Shown here in pieces: positions 36,347 to 44,436 of a stretch of DNA of 52,521 bases (the stretch's first letter is position 1; every line of letters starts with the position of its first letter). The DNA is from Phenylobacterium sp. GTDB lineage: Bacteria > Pseudomonadota > Alphaproteobacteria > Caulobacterales > Caulobacteraceae. The position numbers and the translations under genes were made by a program. The notes beneath the pieces are model-generated. The model was not told where the DNA came from and did not search any database. It saw nothing but the letters and a program-made list of their open reading frames with translations. The stretch lies in assembly GCF_044372605.1 (NCBI RefSeq), contig NZ_JBILRO010000001.1, positions 1 to 52,521 on the forward strand, read 5' to 3'.

Positions 36347-36795
36347 TCCCGCGCGGCGTCCAGCGCGGCCCGAACTTTCTGCAGGACCGGAATGGCCTGG
36401 CGCAGCTCGTCCTCGCTCACCGCCCGCAGGACCGGTTCGAGCTGCAGCGCCAGAACGCGGAGCGCGGTCTCGCGAATCGCGCGTCCTTCCGGCGTCAGCA
36501 TTACGACCTTGCCGCGCCCGTCGTCCGGATCAGCGGTCACCGAGATCCAGCCCTCCGCCTCGAGGCGCTTGAGCGTGCCGGTCATGGCGCCCTTGGTGAC
36601 CTGGACCGCGCCTGCGATCCGGGCGGGCGCACGGCGCTCGTGACCCAGACGGATCATGTGGTTGAGCACTGTGAACCCGGCCAGCGACAACCCCTCCGGC
36701 AGCACCCGCTCGGCGGCCGTGCGGCTCAGGTGCTCGATGATCGCGCATTCGTTGATGAAGACGAAGGCTGTGGGATCATTGCGGCGATCGCTCAC
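36343..36795 (-). CDS. MarR family transcriptional regulator
   Basis: GLS...F.VL..., IA...QVTKGAMTGTLKRLE..GWI, D..DGR.K...LT..G. GTG start overlaps the Acg stop (GTGA). Confidence 0.88.
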   Translation of the reverse strand: MSDRRNDPTAFVFINECAIIEHLSRTAAERVLPEGLSLAGFTVLNHMIRLGHERRAPARIAGAVQVTKGAMTGTLKRLEAEGWISVTADPDDGRGKVVMLTPEGRAIRETALRVLALQLEPVLRAVSEDELRQAIPVLQKVRAALDAARD

Positions 36796-37931
36796 GCGCG
36801 GATGTGCTCTGCGAGCCCCCGACGCGGTGACTGAGGGCCCGGCTTGGCCCGGCCGATCCGGACCAGCATCTGCAATGGCGCGGTCGGCGACGCTCCAAGC
36901 GCAGTCTGGGTTTCGGCATAAAGCGCGGCCATCTGGGGAAACTCCTGAAGCGTCATGCTCCAGGGCTGAATGGAAAGGCCCAGGCTGGTGGCCGTCAAGT
37001 TCATACGTGCGTAGGCGCGGCCTGCGGCGATCTGCGTCGCGCGGCTGTTGTCCGAACCTTTCAGCCACACGAATGCGGGCGTCGCCTTGATGGTTTTTCC
37101 GAACATGTCGATGGCGCTTTTCGTGGCGAAGGAGTCGGGGTCGGCCATGGCCTCGCGCGACATTATGCCGGCAGCCGCAAGCATCTCCATCATGGGCCCC
37201 TGCAGGGAGATGCCGTCGCGGTGAAGCGCGATTTCCTTCGCCCCGACCCGGGTCAGGTTGGCGGACTCCAGCGCGGTGGCCGGCGTGGTCATTTCCCGAG
37301 CAAAGCCGCGCTGGCCGATATCGATCGTCCGCGCCACATCCCCCGGCGTGATGATCGCTCCGGACACCAGGGGCGCCGGGGCGGCCGCCGTCACCCTGGC
37401 CAGCTCGGCTGCGGTAGGCGGCGTCTTGAGGTCGAAGGCTACCCGGTTGGTCTGTCGTTTCAGGATCTGCTGGAACAATGGGTCGGCGGCGACGGCCGGG
37501 TCCGGTGTGAGGCGGATCCGCGCGACCGGCCGCTGGTCCAGCACGGGCTGCGGCTCGCCCTCTGGCCAAAGCGTCATGTCGGCGCGCAGGCCGCGTTCGC
37601 AGGCCGCGAGGTTCAGGAGCTCCAGAAAGGCCCCGCAACCCAGTGTGATCTGGCGGTTCGGCGGATCGGTGGCCGGGAGCAGCCGGGAAGTGTCGGCGTA
37701 GAAAACGATTTCGTCTGTCCCGGCAAGATCCACCAGCCAGGGTTGGCGATTGTGGGGGTTGGGCGCCAGGATCGCATGCGCCAATACCCACCGGCGCGGG
37801 TCCTTCTCACCGGCGCCGGGATTCCGCCAGGCGGCGACAGGATCGACATCCCCGGCGCTGGCGCAGCCACTCAAGGCGCCGGCGGCGCCGCCGGCCGCCA
37901 AAAGTTCCAGAATGTTTCGACGGGTGGTCAT
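36792..37931 (-). CDS. Acg/nitroreductase-family FMN-binding oxidoreductase with Tat-like lipoprotein signal
   Basis: TRRNIL...LSGC; AILAPNPHNRQPW, TDP..RQ..LGCGAFLE, RQTNR, AGRAY.R..L.AT, SPRR. Alternative start 37943. Confidence 0.85.
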   Translation of the reverse strand: MTTRRNILELLAAGGAAGALSGCASAGDVDPVAAWRNPGAGEKDPRRWVLAHAILAPNPHNRQPWLVDLAGTDEIVFYADTSRLLPATDPPNRQITLGCGAFLELLNLAACERGLRADMTLWPEGEPQPVLDQRPVARIRLTPDPAVAADPLFQQILKRQTNRVAFDLKTPPTAAELARVTAAAPAPLVSGAIITPGDVARTIDIGQRGFAREMTTPATALESANLTRVGAKEIALHRDGISLQGPMMEMLAAAGIMSREAMADPDSFATKSAIDMFGKTIKATPAFVWLKGSDNSRATQIAAGRAYARMNLTATSLGLSIQPWSMTLQEFPQMAALYAETQTALGASPTAPLQMLVRIGRAKPGPQSPRRGLAEHIRA

Positions 37932-37943
37932 CTCCGGCTCCAT

Positions 37944-37963
37944 ATAGTTTATGTCTAAACTAT
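37944..37963. promoter_or_regulatory. Perfect AT-rich palindrome ATAGTTTA-TGTC-TAAACTAT, probable MarR operator
   Basis: 8-4-8 inverted repeat filling the intergenic gap; overlaps the -10 of a minus-strand TTGAGG-N17-TAGATA candidate promoter (37989-37961). Confidence 0.7.
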
Positions 37964-38470
37964 CTACACGGCGGCGCGGTTCGCCTCAAGTCCCTGGATG
38001 TCGCCGCGCCGCGCGCGCCAGATGGCGTTCTCGAAGGCTCTTGCAAACTCTCCGCGTTCGCCGGGGCTCAGCGCCGCCGCAACAGGTGCGTACCGGCCGG
38101 ACTGCATCACCTTCAACGACACAACCCGGTTGTCCTCGTCTCGTTCCGCCGAAACGCGGGTGAAGGCGGTGGGGCTCTCCCAGACAATGCGCGAGGCTTT
38201 CGGCGTCTCATAGGTGATCACCACATCGCGAGCGCTCACGCGCACCCGCTCGATCATGCGGCCCGCGCGGAAGCTGACGAGGAAGGCCACGGTGATCGCC
38301 GCGACGTCGACCCCAAGAAACAGCGGCACCAGCTGGGCGCCGATCCGGAGAAAGACGATCGCCGAGGCCACATTCACCAGGGTTATGATGGTGATCAGGA
38401 TCACGAACCCGCGCTCCGAGAGAGAGCGGTTCGGTTTGATCTCCGCATCCATGTAAAGCGGCTGGTCCAT
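37964..38470 (-). CDS. DUF2244 family membrane protein
   Basis: PNRSLS.RGF, two hydrophobic helices, FLGVDV, L..GER.EFA. Confidence 0.82.
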   Translation of the reverse strand: MDQPLYMDAEIKPNRSLSERGFVILITIITLVNVASAIVFLRIGAQLVPLFLGVDVAAITVAFLVSFRAGRMIERVRVSARDVVITYETPKASRIVWESPTAFTRVSAERDEDNRVVSLKVMQSGRYAPVAAALSPGERGEFARAFENAIWRARRGDIQGLEANRAAV

Positions 38471-38520
38471 CGATCCGCACGATAGGCCTCTCACGTTGGC
38501 GGGAGAAGCCCCGTCGACCG

Positions 38521-38549
38521 CTTGATGGTGCGACCGCAACCCCCTATCC
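38521..38549 (+). promoter_or_regulatory. Candidate sigma32 promoter for the SDR-nth pair
   Basis: CTTGAT-N16-CCTATCC, close to the alphaproteobacterial RpoH consensus. Confidence 0.5.
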
Positions 38550-38571
38550 CCGAAGGATGGGAGACGCTTCG

Positions 38572-39342
38572 ATGACAGACGCCTGGGCCACGGATCGCAT
38601 CGCACTGGTGACGGGGGCCACGTCCGGTTTCGGCGAGGCCATGGCCAGACGACTGCTGGCTGGCGGGGGCCGGGTCATCGCCACCGGACGCCGCGCCGAC
38701 CGGCTGGCCGCGCTCGGCGCAGAATTGGCCACCGAGCGCCTGCTCACCCGGGTTCTGGACGTTCGCGATGACGCCTCGATCGCCGATCTCGTAAGCGGGC
38801 TGCCCGAGCCGTTCCAGGCGATAGACATCCTCTTCAACAATGCCGGCCTTGCCCTGGGCCTGAAGAAGGCTCACGAGGCCGACATCGACGACTGGCAGAC
38901 GATGATCGACACCAATGTCTCCGGTCTGGTGCGGATCACCCGCGCCATCCTGCCCGGCATGGTGGCGCGCAACCGCGGCGACGTGATCAACATGTCGTCG
39001 GTGGCTGCCAGCTACCCCTATCCGGGCGGGAATGTGTACGGGGCCACCAAGGCGTTTGTGCGCCAGTTCTCGTTGAACCTGCGGGCTGACCTGTTGGGCT
39101 CGAAGGTCCGGGTCACCTCGATCGAGCCGGGTATGGCCGACACCGAGTTTTCCGTGGTGCGCTTCAAGGGCGACCAGACCTCTGCAGACAAGGTCTACGC
39201 CGGGGTCCACGCCATGTCCGGCGATGATGTGGCGCTGGTGTGCGAAGGCGTATTGCGACTTCCCGCGCACATCAACATCAACAGCCTGGAACTGATGCCG
39301 GTGCAGCAGGCCTTCGGGCCCTTCGCCGTGGACCGGGGCTGA
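38572..39342 (+). CDS. YdfG-like NADP-dependent short-chain dehydrogenase
   Basis: TGATSGFG, NNAGLALG, YPGGNVYGATKAFVRQFSLNLRADL, IEPG. Confidence 0.88.
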   Translation: MTDAWATDRIALVTGATSGFGEAMARRLLAGGGRVIATGRRADRLAALGAELATERLLTRVLDVRDDASIADLVSGLPEPFQAIDILFNNAGLALGLKKAHEADIDDWQTMIDTNVSGLVRITRAILPGMVARNRGDVINMSSVAASYPYPGGNVYGATKAFVRQFSLNLRADLLGSKVRVTSIEPGMADTEFSVVRFKGDQTSADKVYAGVHAMSGDDVALVCEGVLRLPAHININSLELMPVQQAFGPFAVDRG

Positions 39343-39343
39343 G

Positions 39344-40009
39344 GTGGCGCCGCCGCCTCGCCCTAGCCTGAAACCGGCGGAACGCGCCCGGATCGCCGAA
39401 ATCTTCGAACGGTTCGAGGCAGCGGCGATCGATCCCCGCACTGAACTGACCTATGCCAGCCCTTATGAGCTGGTGGTGGCGGTGGCGTTATCGGCGCAGG
39501 CGACCGACGTCTCCGTCAACAAGGCGACGGACAAGCTCTTCAAGGTCGCCGACACGCCGCAAGCGATGCTGGCCCTCGGCGAAGCGGGCCTGAAGACCTT
39601 CATCTCCTCCATTGGCCTCTTCAACATGAAGGCGAAGAACGTGATCCGGATGGCCGAGATCCTGATCGCCGAGCACGGCGGCGAGGTCCCGCTGGACCGC
39701 GAAAGCCTGCAGGCCCTGCCCGGCGTCGGCCGCAAGACGGCCTCCGTGGTGCTCAATGAGCTTCGGATCGAACCCGCCATAGCCGTAGACACCCACGTCT
39801 TCCGGGTCTCGCACCGCCTTGGCCTGGCCACCGGCAAGACACCGGACAAGGTCGAGGCCGAGCTGATGGCCATCGTTCCGGAGGCCGCTCTGGTCAGGGC
39901 CCACCACTGGCTGATCCTGCACGGCCGCTATGTGTGCGTGGCCCGGCGGCCGAAATGCGGGGACTGTCCGGTGGCCGACCTCTGCCCGTCGCGGGCCGCG
40001 TTCGCTTAA
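39344..40009 (+). CDS. nth: Endonuclease III
   Basis: LSAQATD, HhH motif LPGVGRKTA, VDTHVFR, 4Fe-4S motif C-x6-C-x2-C-x5-C. Confidence 0.96.
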   Translation: MAPPPRPSLKPAERARIAEIFERFEAAAIDPRTELTYASPYELVVAVALSAQATDVSVNKATDKLFKVADTPQAMLALGEAGLKTFISSIGLFNMKAKNVIRMAEILIAEHGGEVPLDRESLQALPGVGRKTASVVLNELRIEPAIAVDTHVFRVSHRLGLATGKTPDKVEAELMAIVPEAALVRAHHWLILHGRYVCVARRPKCGDCPVADLCPSRAAFA

Positions 40010-41169
40010 TCCAGGATCACGTGCGGCACGAACCGCGACAGGTTCTTCGTCACCCGGCTGCGGTCCTCGCGGATGCCGACGCCGGCCGGCTCGGCGTCCA
40101 CCATCCAGGCGCCGATGATCGGGTAGTTGCCGTCGAAGCGGGTGATCGGCTGCAGGGCCTGGCGGATGTGGCCCTCCTCGCCGTAGCCCTGATCCAGCAC
40201 CCTGGCCCGGCGGCCGTTGGCGACCAGTTCGATGTTGGCGCCCTCGCGCGAAAAAAGCGGCTTTCGTACCCAGGAATTGCCCAGGTCTGCGATGCGGGGA
40301 TCATCCTCGAAGAAGGCCGGCAGCAGGTTGGGGTGGCCAGCGTTGCGTTCCCACAGCAGGGGCAGCAGGCCCTTGTTGGACAGGATGGCCTTCCAGGCCG
40401 GTTCCAGAAACAGGGTCTTCGAGCCCCCGATATTGGCGGCGTAGTCCTCGCGGAACATCTCTTCCCACGGGTAGAGCTTGAACAGCGCCTGGATGATGAA
40501 ATTGTCCTGGTCAACGAACCGGCCATCCGCATCGAGGCCAATCTTGTCGATCGGCACGAACCTCGGTTCGATCCCGGCCTGAATGGCGATGTCTTCCAGG
40601 TACTTCACCGTCTGGCGATCCTCGAGCGTCTCCTCGTCGCTGGAGAAATGGACGAAGCCGCCGGCCGGGAAAATCGCCTTGAACCGCGCCTGCAGCTTTT
40701 CGTGCAGGCTGTTGAACTGGTCGGCGTCGGCGGGCAGCCGGCCGGCGGCGATCATGTCCTCCAGCCAGATCCACTGGAAGGTGCCGGTTTCATAGATGCT
40801 GGTGGGCGTATCGGCGTTGTACTCGAACAACTTGGCCGGGCCGGTTCCGTCATAAGCGAAGTCGAAGCGACCGTAGAGCGAGGGCGCCTTTGATTTCCAG
40901 CTGTTGGCGACGTCATCGCGCGACGCCTCCGGTATCGCCAGTTTCGCCATCAGCGCTTCGCTCGTCACCACCTCGGCGACGAGGTCCAGGCACAGGGCGT
41001 GGAGTTCGCGCGCCGGCTGCTCCAGACCGTCTTCGATCTCGGCGAGCGAGAACTGGTAGTAGGCGCGCTCGTCCCAGTAACGCGCGCCGTCCAGATGGCG
41101 CCAGGTAAAGCCCAGAGCTTCGGCGCGCGCGTCCCAGCCGGGGCGTTCGGCAGTCTTGATGCGTTTCAT
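40006..41169 (-). CDS. Glutathionylspermidine-synthase-like ATP-grasp protein (YgiC/YjfC type, no CHAP amidase domain)
   Basis: YWDE.AYY.F, YGRFDF, EYNADTPT, DQFNS.HE, FKLYPWE, KPLFSREGAN, SRFVPH; 387 aa. Confidence 0.92.
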   Translation of the reverse strand: MKRIKTAERPGWDARAEALGFTWRHLDGARYWDERAYYQFSLAEIEDGLEQPARELHALCLDLVAEVVTSEALMAKLAIPEASRDDVANSWKSKAPSLYGRFDFAYDGTGPAKLFEYNADTPTSIYETGTFQWIWLEDMIAAGRLPADADQFNSLHEKLQARFKAIFPAGGFVHFSSDEETLEDRQTVKYLEDIAIQAGIEPRFVPIDKIGLDADGRFVDQDNFIIQALFKLYPWEEMFREDYAANIGGSKTLFLEPAWKAILSNKGLLPLLWERNAGHPNLLPAFFEDDPRIADLGNSWVRKPLFSREGANIELVANGRRARVLDQGYGEEGHIRQALQPITRFDGNYPIIGAWMVDAEPAGVGIREDRSRVTKNLSRFVPHVILD

Positions 41170-41218
41170 TGCGGGCTCCTTACCTCCCCCGCAAGGCGGC
41201 GGGAGGGGGAGGTGGGGC

Positions 41219-41986
41219 TCAAGATTTCTCGCCCCGCTCCACGGCCACCGGCTGGGCCTCGATCTGCAACCGCGGGGCTTCCAGCATGGGCATCGGCTCG
41301 GCGGCCGGAGCCTTCAGGCGGGCCAGGACGTCGTTGGCGGACGAGTGGCCCGGCAGAATGCCGGCGGCCTGCAGCTTGGCGTCCAGATCGGCGCCGGTGC
41401 GGCGGTCTTCCAGTTCGCCGGCCGCCTTGAACTTCTCTTCGGCGATCGCCTGGCGCTCCTTGATGCGCTTGAGGCTGTCGGCGGCCGAACCCAGCCGGGC
41501 CGAGGCGCCGGCGCCCTGGCTGGCCACAGCGGCCTGCGCGCGCTGGACGCTGTCGTTGACCTTCACCACGTCAATTTCGCGGCGCAGGTTCTCCACCCGC
41601 TGCTGGGTGGTGGCGATGGTCTTGTGCATCCGCTCTTCGGCGGCCTGCATCTCGCCAAGCTGCGGGGTCTTGGTGGCGACCTCGGTTTCCAGCTCGGAGA
41701 TCCGCTGGGCGACTTCCATCGCGAGCGCCTCGTCGCCCTTGGAGAGGGCGGCGCGGGCCGAGCTCTCATAGCGACTGGCCTGATCACTCAGGTTCTTCAG
41801 TTCCTTTTCGATCATGCGACGCTTCGCCACCAGGGTGGCCAGATCGTCACGGGCCCGACCCAGGGCCGTATCGGCGTCGCGAATCTCCTGATCCAGGATG
41901 CGCAACGCATTGGCGTCGACAACGGCCGCACCGGCTTCATGGGCGGTGCCGCGGAACAGGGTGATCAGTTTCGTGAAAATGGACAT
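41219..41986 (-). CDS. PspA/IM30 family protein (YjfJ-like)
   Basis: MSIFTKLITLFRG amphipathic start, DANALRILDQEIRDA, long coiled coil, SL.RIKERQ, LDAKL..AGI, VLARLK. Confidence 0.92.
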   Translation of the reverse strand: MSIFTKLITLFRGTAHEAGAAVVDANALRILDQEIRDADTALGRARDDLATLVAKRRMIEKELKNLSDQASRYESSARAALSKGDEALAMEVAQRISELETEVATKTPQLGEMQAAEERMHKTIATTQQRVENLRREIDVVKVNDSVQRAQAAVASQGAGASARLGSAADSLKRIKERQAIAEEKFKAAGELEDRRTGADLDAKLQAAGILPGHSSANDVLARLKAPAAEPMPMLEAPRLQIEAQPVAVERGEKS

Positions 41987-41997
41987 CCTGGTCCCCT

Positions 41998-42660
41998 CTA
42001 GGCAGCCGAAGCGAAATTCTGACGCAGCTCGTCGGCGGCGCGGATGGCGTTCTCGGCCAGCATGCGCAGCTCGATCACCACCGTTTGCAGGGTGGTCTTG
42101 CACGACAGCTCGCCGAAGATTTCATAGTAGTCGCGCTCCGACACCGTGGTGATGCCGAAGTTCGACAGCGGCACCAGCTTCTGGGCCTTGAGCAGAAACA
42201 CGTTGAACGCCGCCTGGTTGTCCTGCTCGTCCACCGGCCACAGCAGCGCGGAGACCACGATCTGCTCCGACCCCACGCTCAGGAAGATCGGCAGGTCGCC
42301 GAACTCGTTCATGGTGATCTGCAGGACCGGATCGGTCCCCTCCAGCACCCGTGCCGTCATCTCGCCCTCGCGCAGCAGCGTCGATTCGCTGAGCGCCTCT
42401 GCAAGAGACTTCACCGACCAATCGGTGTCGATGACATGATCCATCTGGTACGATCCTCGCGGAGGTTGTGGGTCTCTCAGCGCCGGTCCGCGACTCGACG
42501 CTGTGATGATGGCGCGTGCTGCGGCCTGAATATCGGATTTGGCGCCGGGGGGAACCCAGAGCTCCAGCTTCACGAGCCCGAGGCGCTGGCGCTGATCGCG
42601 CCAAAGCCGGGTCCGTTCCGCGGGGCTCAGGCCCCCTGCCTTGTCCTTTGGCCGTTGCAT
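41998..42660 (-). CDS. YjfI (DUF2170) family protein with basic N-terminal extension
   Basis: GDLPIF.SV..EQI, PLSNFGI, YY.IFG.LS. N-terminal AERTR.WR.R..LGLVKLELWVP segment. Confidence 0.85.
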   Translation of the reverse strand: MQRPKDKAGGLSPAERTRLWRDQRQRLGLVKLELWVPPGAKSDIQAAARAIITASSRGPALRDPQPPRGSYQMDHVIDTDWSVKSLAEALSESTLLREGEMTARVLEGTDPVLQITMNEFGDLPIFLSVGSEQIVVSALLWPVDEQDNQAAFNVFLLKAQKLVPLSNFGITTVSERDYYEIFGELSCKTTLQTVVIELRMLAENAIRAADELRQNFASAA

Positions 42661-42665
42661 TCGTT

Positions 42666-42681
42666 CGCGTATACATACGCG
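42666..42681. promoter_or_regulatory. Perfect inverted repeat CGCGTAT-AC-ATACGCG, candidate operator of the divergon
   Basis: Lies in the 69-bp divergent gap, between the yjfI ATG and a -35 box. Confidence 0.5.
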
Positions 42682-42686
42682 TACGT

Positions 42687-42714
42687 TTGACACGGCGCAA
42701 GTTGAGACTATGAT
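42687..42714 (+). promoter_or_regulatory. Near-consensus sigma70 promoter for yjfK-L-M-M'
   Basis: TTGACA-N16-TATGAT, about 15 nt before ATG 42730. Confidence 0.6.
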
Positions 42715-42729
42715 CCCATTTCAAGAAGG

Positions 42730-43386
42730 ATGAATGACGTGATCTTCCGGGGGCTTTTCGGCGGGGGGCGGCGTGGCGCAGAAGAGGCGCAGACGCTGCC
42801 GGTTGTTCGCAACATCACCATCGGGCGCAGTGTCCGGCTGGATCCTCTGGCCTGGCGCAGGCTTGGCGATGCGGCGAAGTTCCGCCTGGACACCAACACA
42901 CTGGAAATCGAGGCACAGGGCCGCATCGATCTGGGCGCGGACGGCTTTGTCCACCGCTTCTACACCGGCGACGACCTGATGCTGCAACTCGTCAGCCCTG
43001 ACGCCGAAGGTCAGGGCGCGGACGATTTCACGATTTTCATGCCCTGGTCATCGGCCTGGCCCACCGACGCCGCCGCCAAACGCCGCTGGGCGGACAGGTT
43101 GCGGGCGCGCACCTTTGGCGGTGATGGCCTGCCGGAGTACCGGCGCTTCTGGTTCGGCGATGTCGATGAGCGGCAGGACCCGGTCAGTTTCTGGGAAAGC
43201 GTCTATGATGATCGCGCGGGCGCCGACGCGCGCCGGATCTACCAGACCTCGATGCTGTTCGCCCGCGACCTGCCGGGGGAAGGGCGCGAGCTTCTGCTGG
43301 CGATCGAGATGGAACCTGAAGGCGGCGACCTGACCCATGAAATCATGGTCGGCATTCCGCTGAACGTTGGAGAATTCGAAGCATGA
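42730..43386 (+). CDS. YjfK (DUF2491) family protein
   Basis: G.IDLG...HRFY..DD..LQ, Y.RFW, Q.SMLFAR, ELLL; yjf gene context. Confidence 0.8.
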   Translation: MNDVIFRGLFGGGRRGAEEAQTLPVVRNITIGRSVRLDPLAWRRLGDAAKFRLDTNTLEIEAQGRIDLGADGFVHRFYTGDDLMLQLVSPDAEGQGADDFTIFMPWSSAWPTDAAAKRRWADRLRARTFGGDGLPEYRRFWFGDVDERQDPVSFWESVYDDRAGADARRIYQTSMLFARDLPGEGRELLLAIEMEPEGGDLTHEIMVGIPLNVGEFEA

Positions 43387-43799
43387 TGTTCGATCCTGTC
43401 TATTTCGGCGCCGGGGCCCTGAACTTCGGCCTCGCCTTCCTGGCCGCCGGCGGCTTCGCCCTGATGTTCAAGGCGGCCTACCAGTGGATCACACCACATA
43501 ACGAGGGTGCCCTGATCCGCGAAGGCAACATCGCCGCCGCCATCATGCTGGGCGGTGCCCTGATCGGCTATGTGATCCCGCTGGCCTCGGCCCTGACCCA
43601 GACCCATTCCTTGCCCGAGTTCGTCTCCTGGGCGCTGCTGGCGGGCGTGATCCAGATCGTGACGTTCTGGCTCGTGCGCCGGATCGTGCTGCGTGACCTC
43701 TCCGCCCGCATCGAGCGCGGCGAGGTGGCCAGCGCGGTCTACATGATGATGATCTCCATCGCAGTCGGCATCATCAACGCCGCCTGCATGACGGCGTAA
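43383..43799 (+). CDS. YjfL (DUF350) membrane protein
   Basis: Y..ITP.NE..LIR.GN.AAA..LGG..IG..IPL, SIAVG.INAACMT. Confidence 0.9.
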   Translation: MMFDPVYFGAGALNFGLAFLAAGGFALMFKAAYQWITPHNEGALIREGNIAAAIMLGGALIGYVIPLASALTQTHSLPEFVSWALLAGVIQIVTFWLVRRIVLRDLSARIERGEVASAVYMMMISIAVGIINAACMTA

Positions 43800-43804
43800 C
43801 GACG

Positions 43805-44401
43805 ATGAAGCGCTCGCGCTCGCTCACCCTCACCGGCCTGATGGCCATCGGCGGCGTCTCGCTCACCGCCTGCGGCGACCAGCCCAATGTCGCCATCGCC
43901 GACCAGGGCCCCACGGTCGATGCCTACACCTACCAGTCCTTGGCCGAGTGCAAGGACAAGAACGAGGTCCCGGACGAGGCCTGCGACGTGGGCATGAAGA
44001 AGGCCGCCGCCGAGGAAGCCTCCGAGGCCAAGTACGCCGACACCAAGTCCTGCGAGGAAATCTACGGCGAAGGCCAGTGCGTGCCACGCAGCCAGGCGGG
44101 CGGCGGCTCGTTCTGGGGCCCACTGGTCACCGGCTTCGTGGTCGGCCGGATGCTGGACGGCGGCTGGGGCGGCGGCGGTCTCTACCGCGACTGGCGCTCG
44201 GGCGGCTACTACAGCCGCGGCGGCGGCCCGTTGATGACCGACTACGCCACCGGTCGCACCCGCATCGGCGCCCGCAGCTTCGACGCCCCCGACACCTTCC
44301 GCCCGCCGGAACGCATGCAGACCCGCTCCTCGGTGATCTCGCGCGGCGGGTTCGGCGGTCGGATGGAAAGCCGGAGCCGTGGCGGGAGCTGGGGCGGCTG
44401 A
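43805..44401 (+). CDS. DUF1190 (YgiB/YjfM) lipoprotein, copy 1
   Basis: MKRSR..., lipobox LTAC, four Cys, FWGPLVTGF, C-terminal SRGGFGG...SWGG. Confidence 0.88.
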   Translation: MKRSRSLTLTGLMAIGGVSLTACGDQPNVAIADQGPTVDAYTYQSLAECKDKNEVPDEACDVGMKKAAAEEASEAKYADTKSCEEIYGEGQCVPRSQAGGGSFWGPLVTGFVVGRMLDGGWGGGGLYRDWRSGGYYSRGGGPLMTDYATGRTRIGARSFDAPDTFRPPERMQTRSSVISRGGFGGRMESRSRGGSWGG

Positions 44402-44436
44402 TCGGCTGACCTGGGTAGGCTTGGGCAGATAGGCCG

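Noticed and set aside
41229-41241. TCGCCCCGCTCCA resembling the tRNA-Gly 3' end (possible attR)
   Set aside because: Imperfect, short, inside the pspA CDS, with core genes in between and no integrase.
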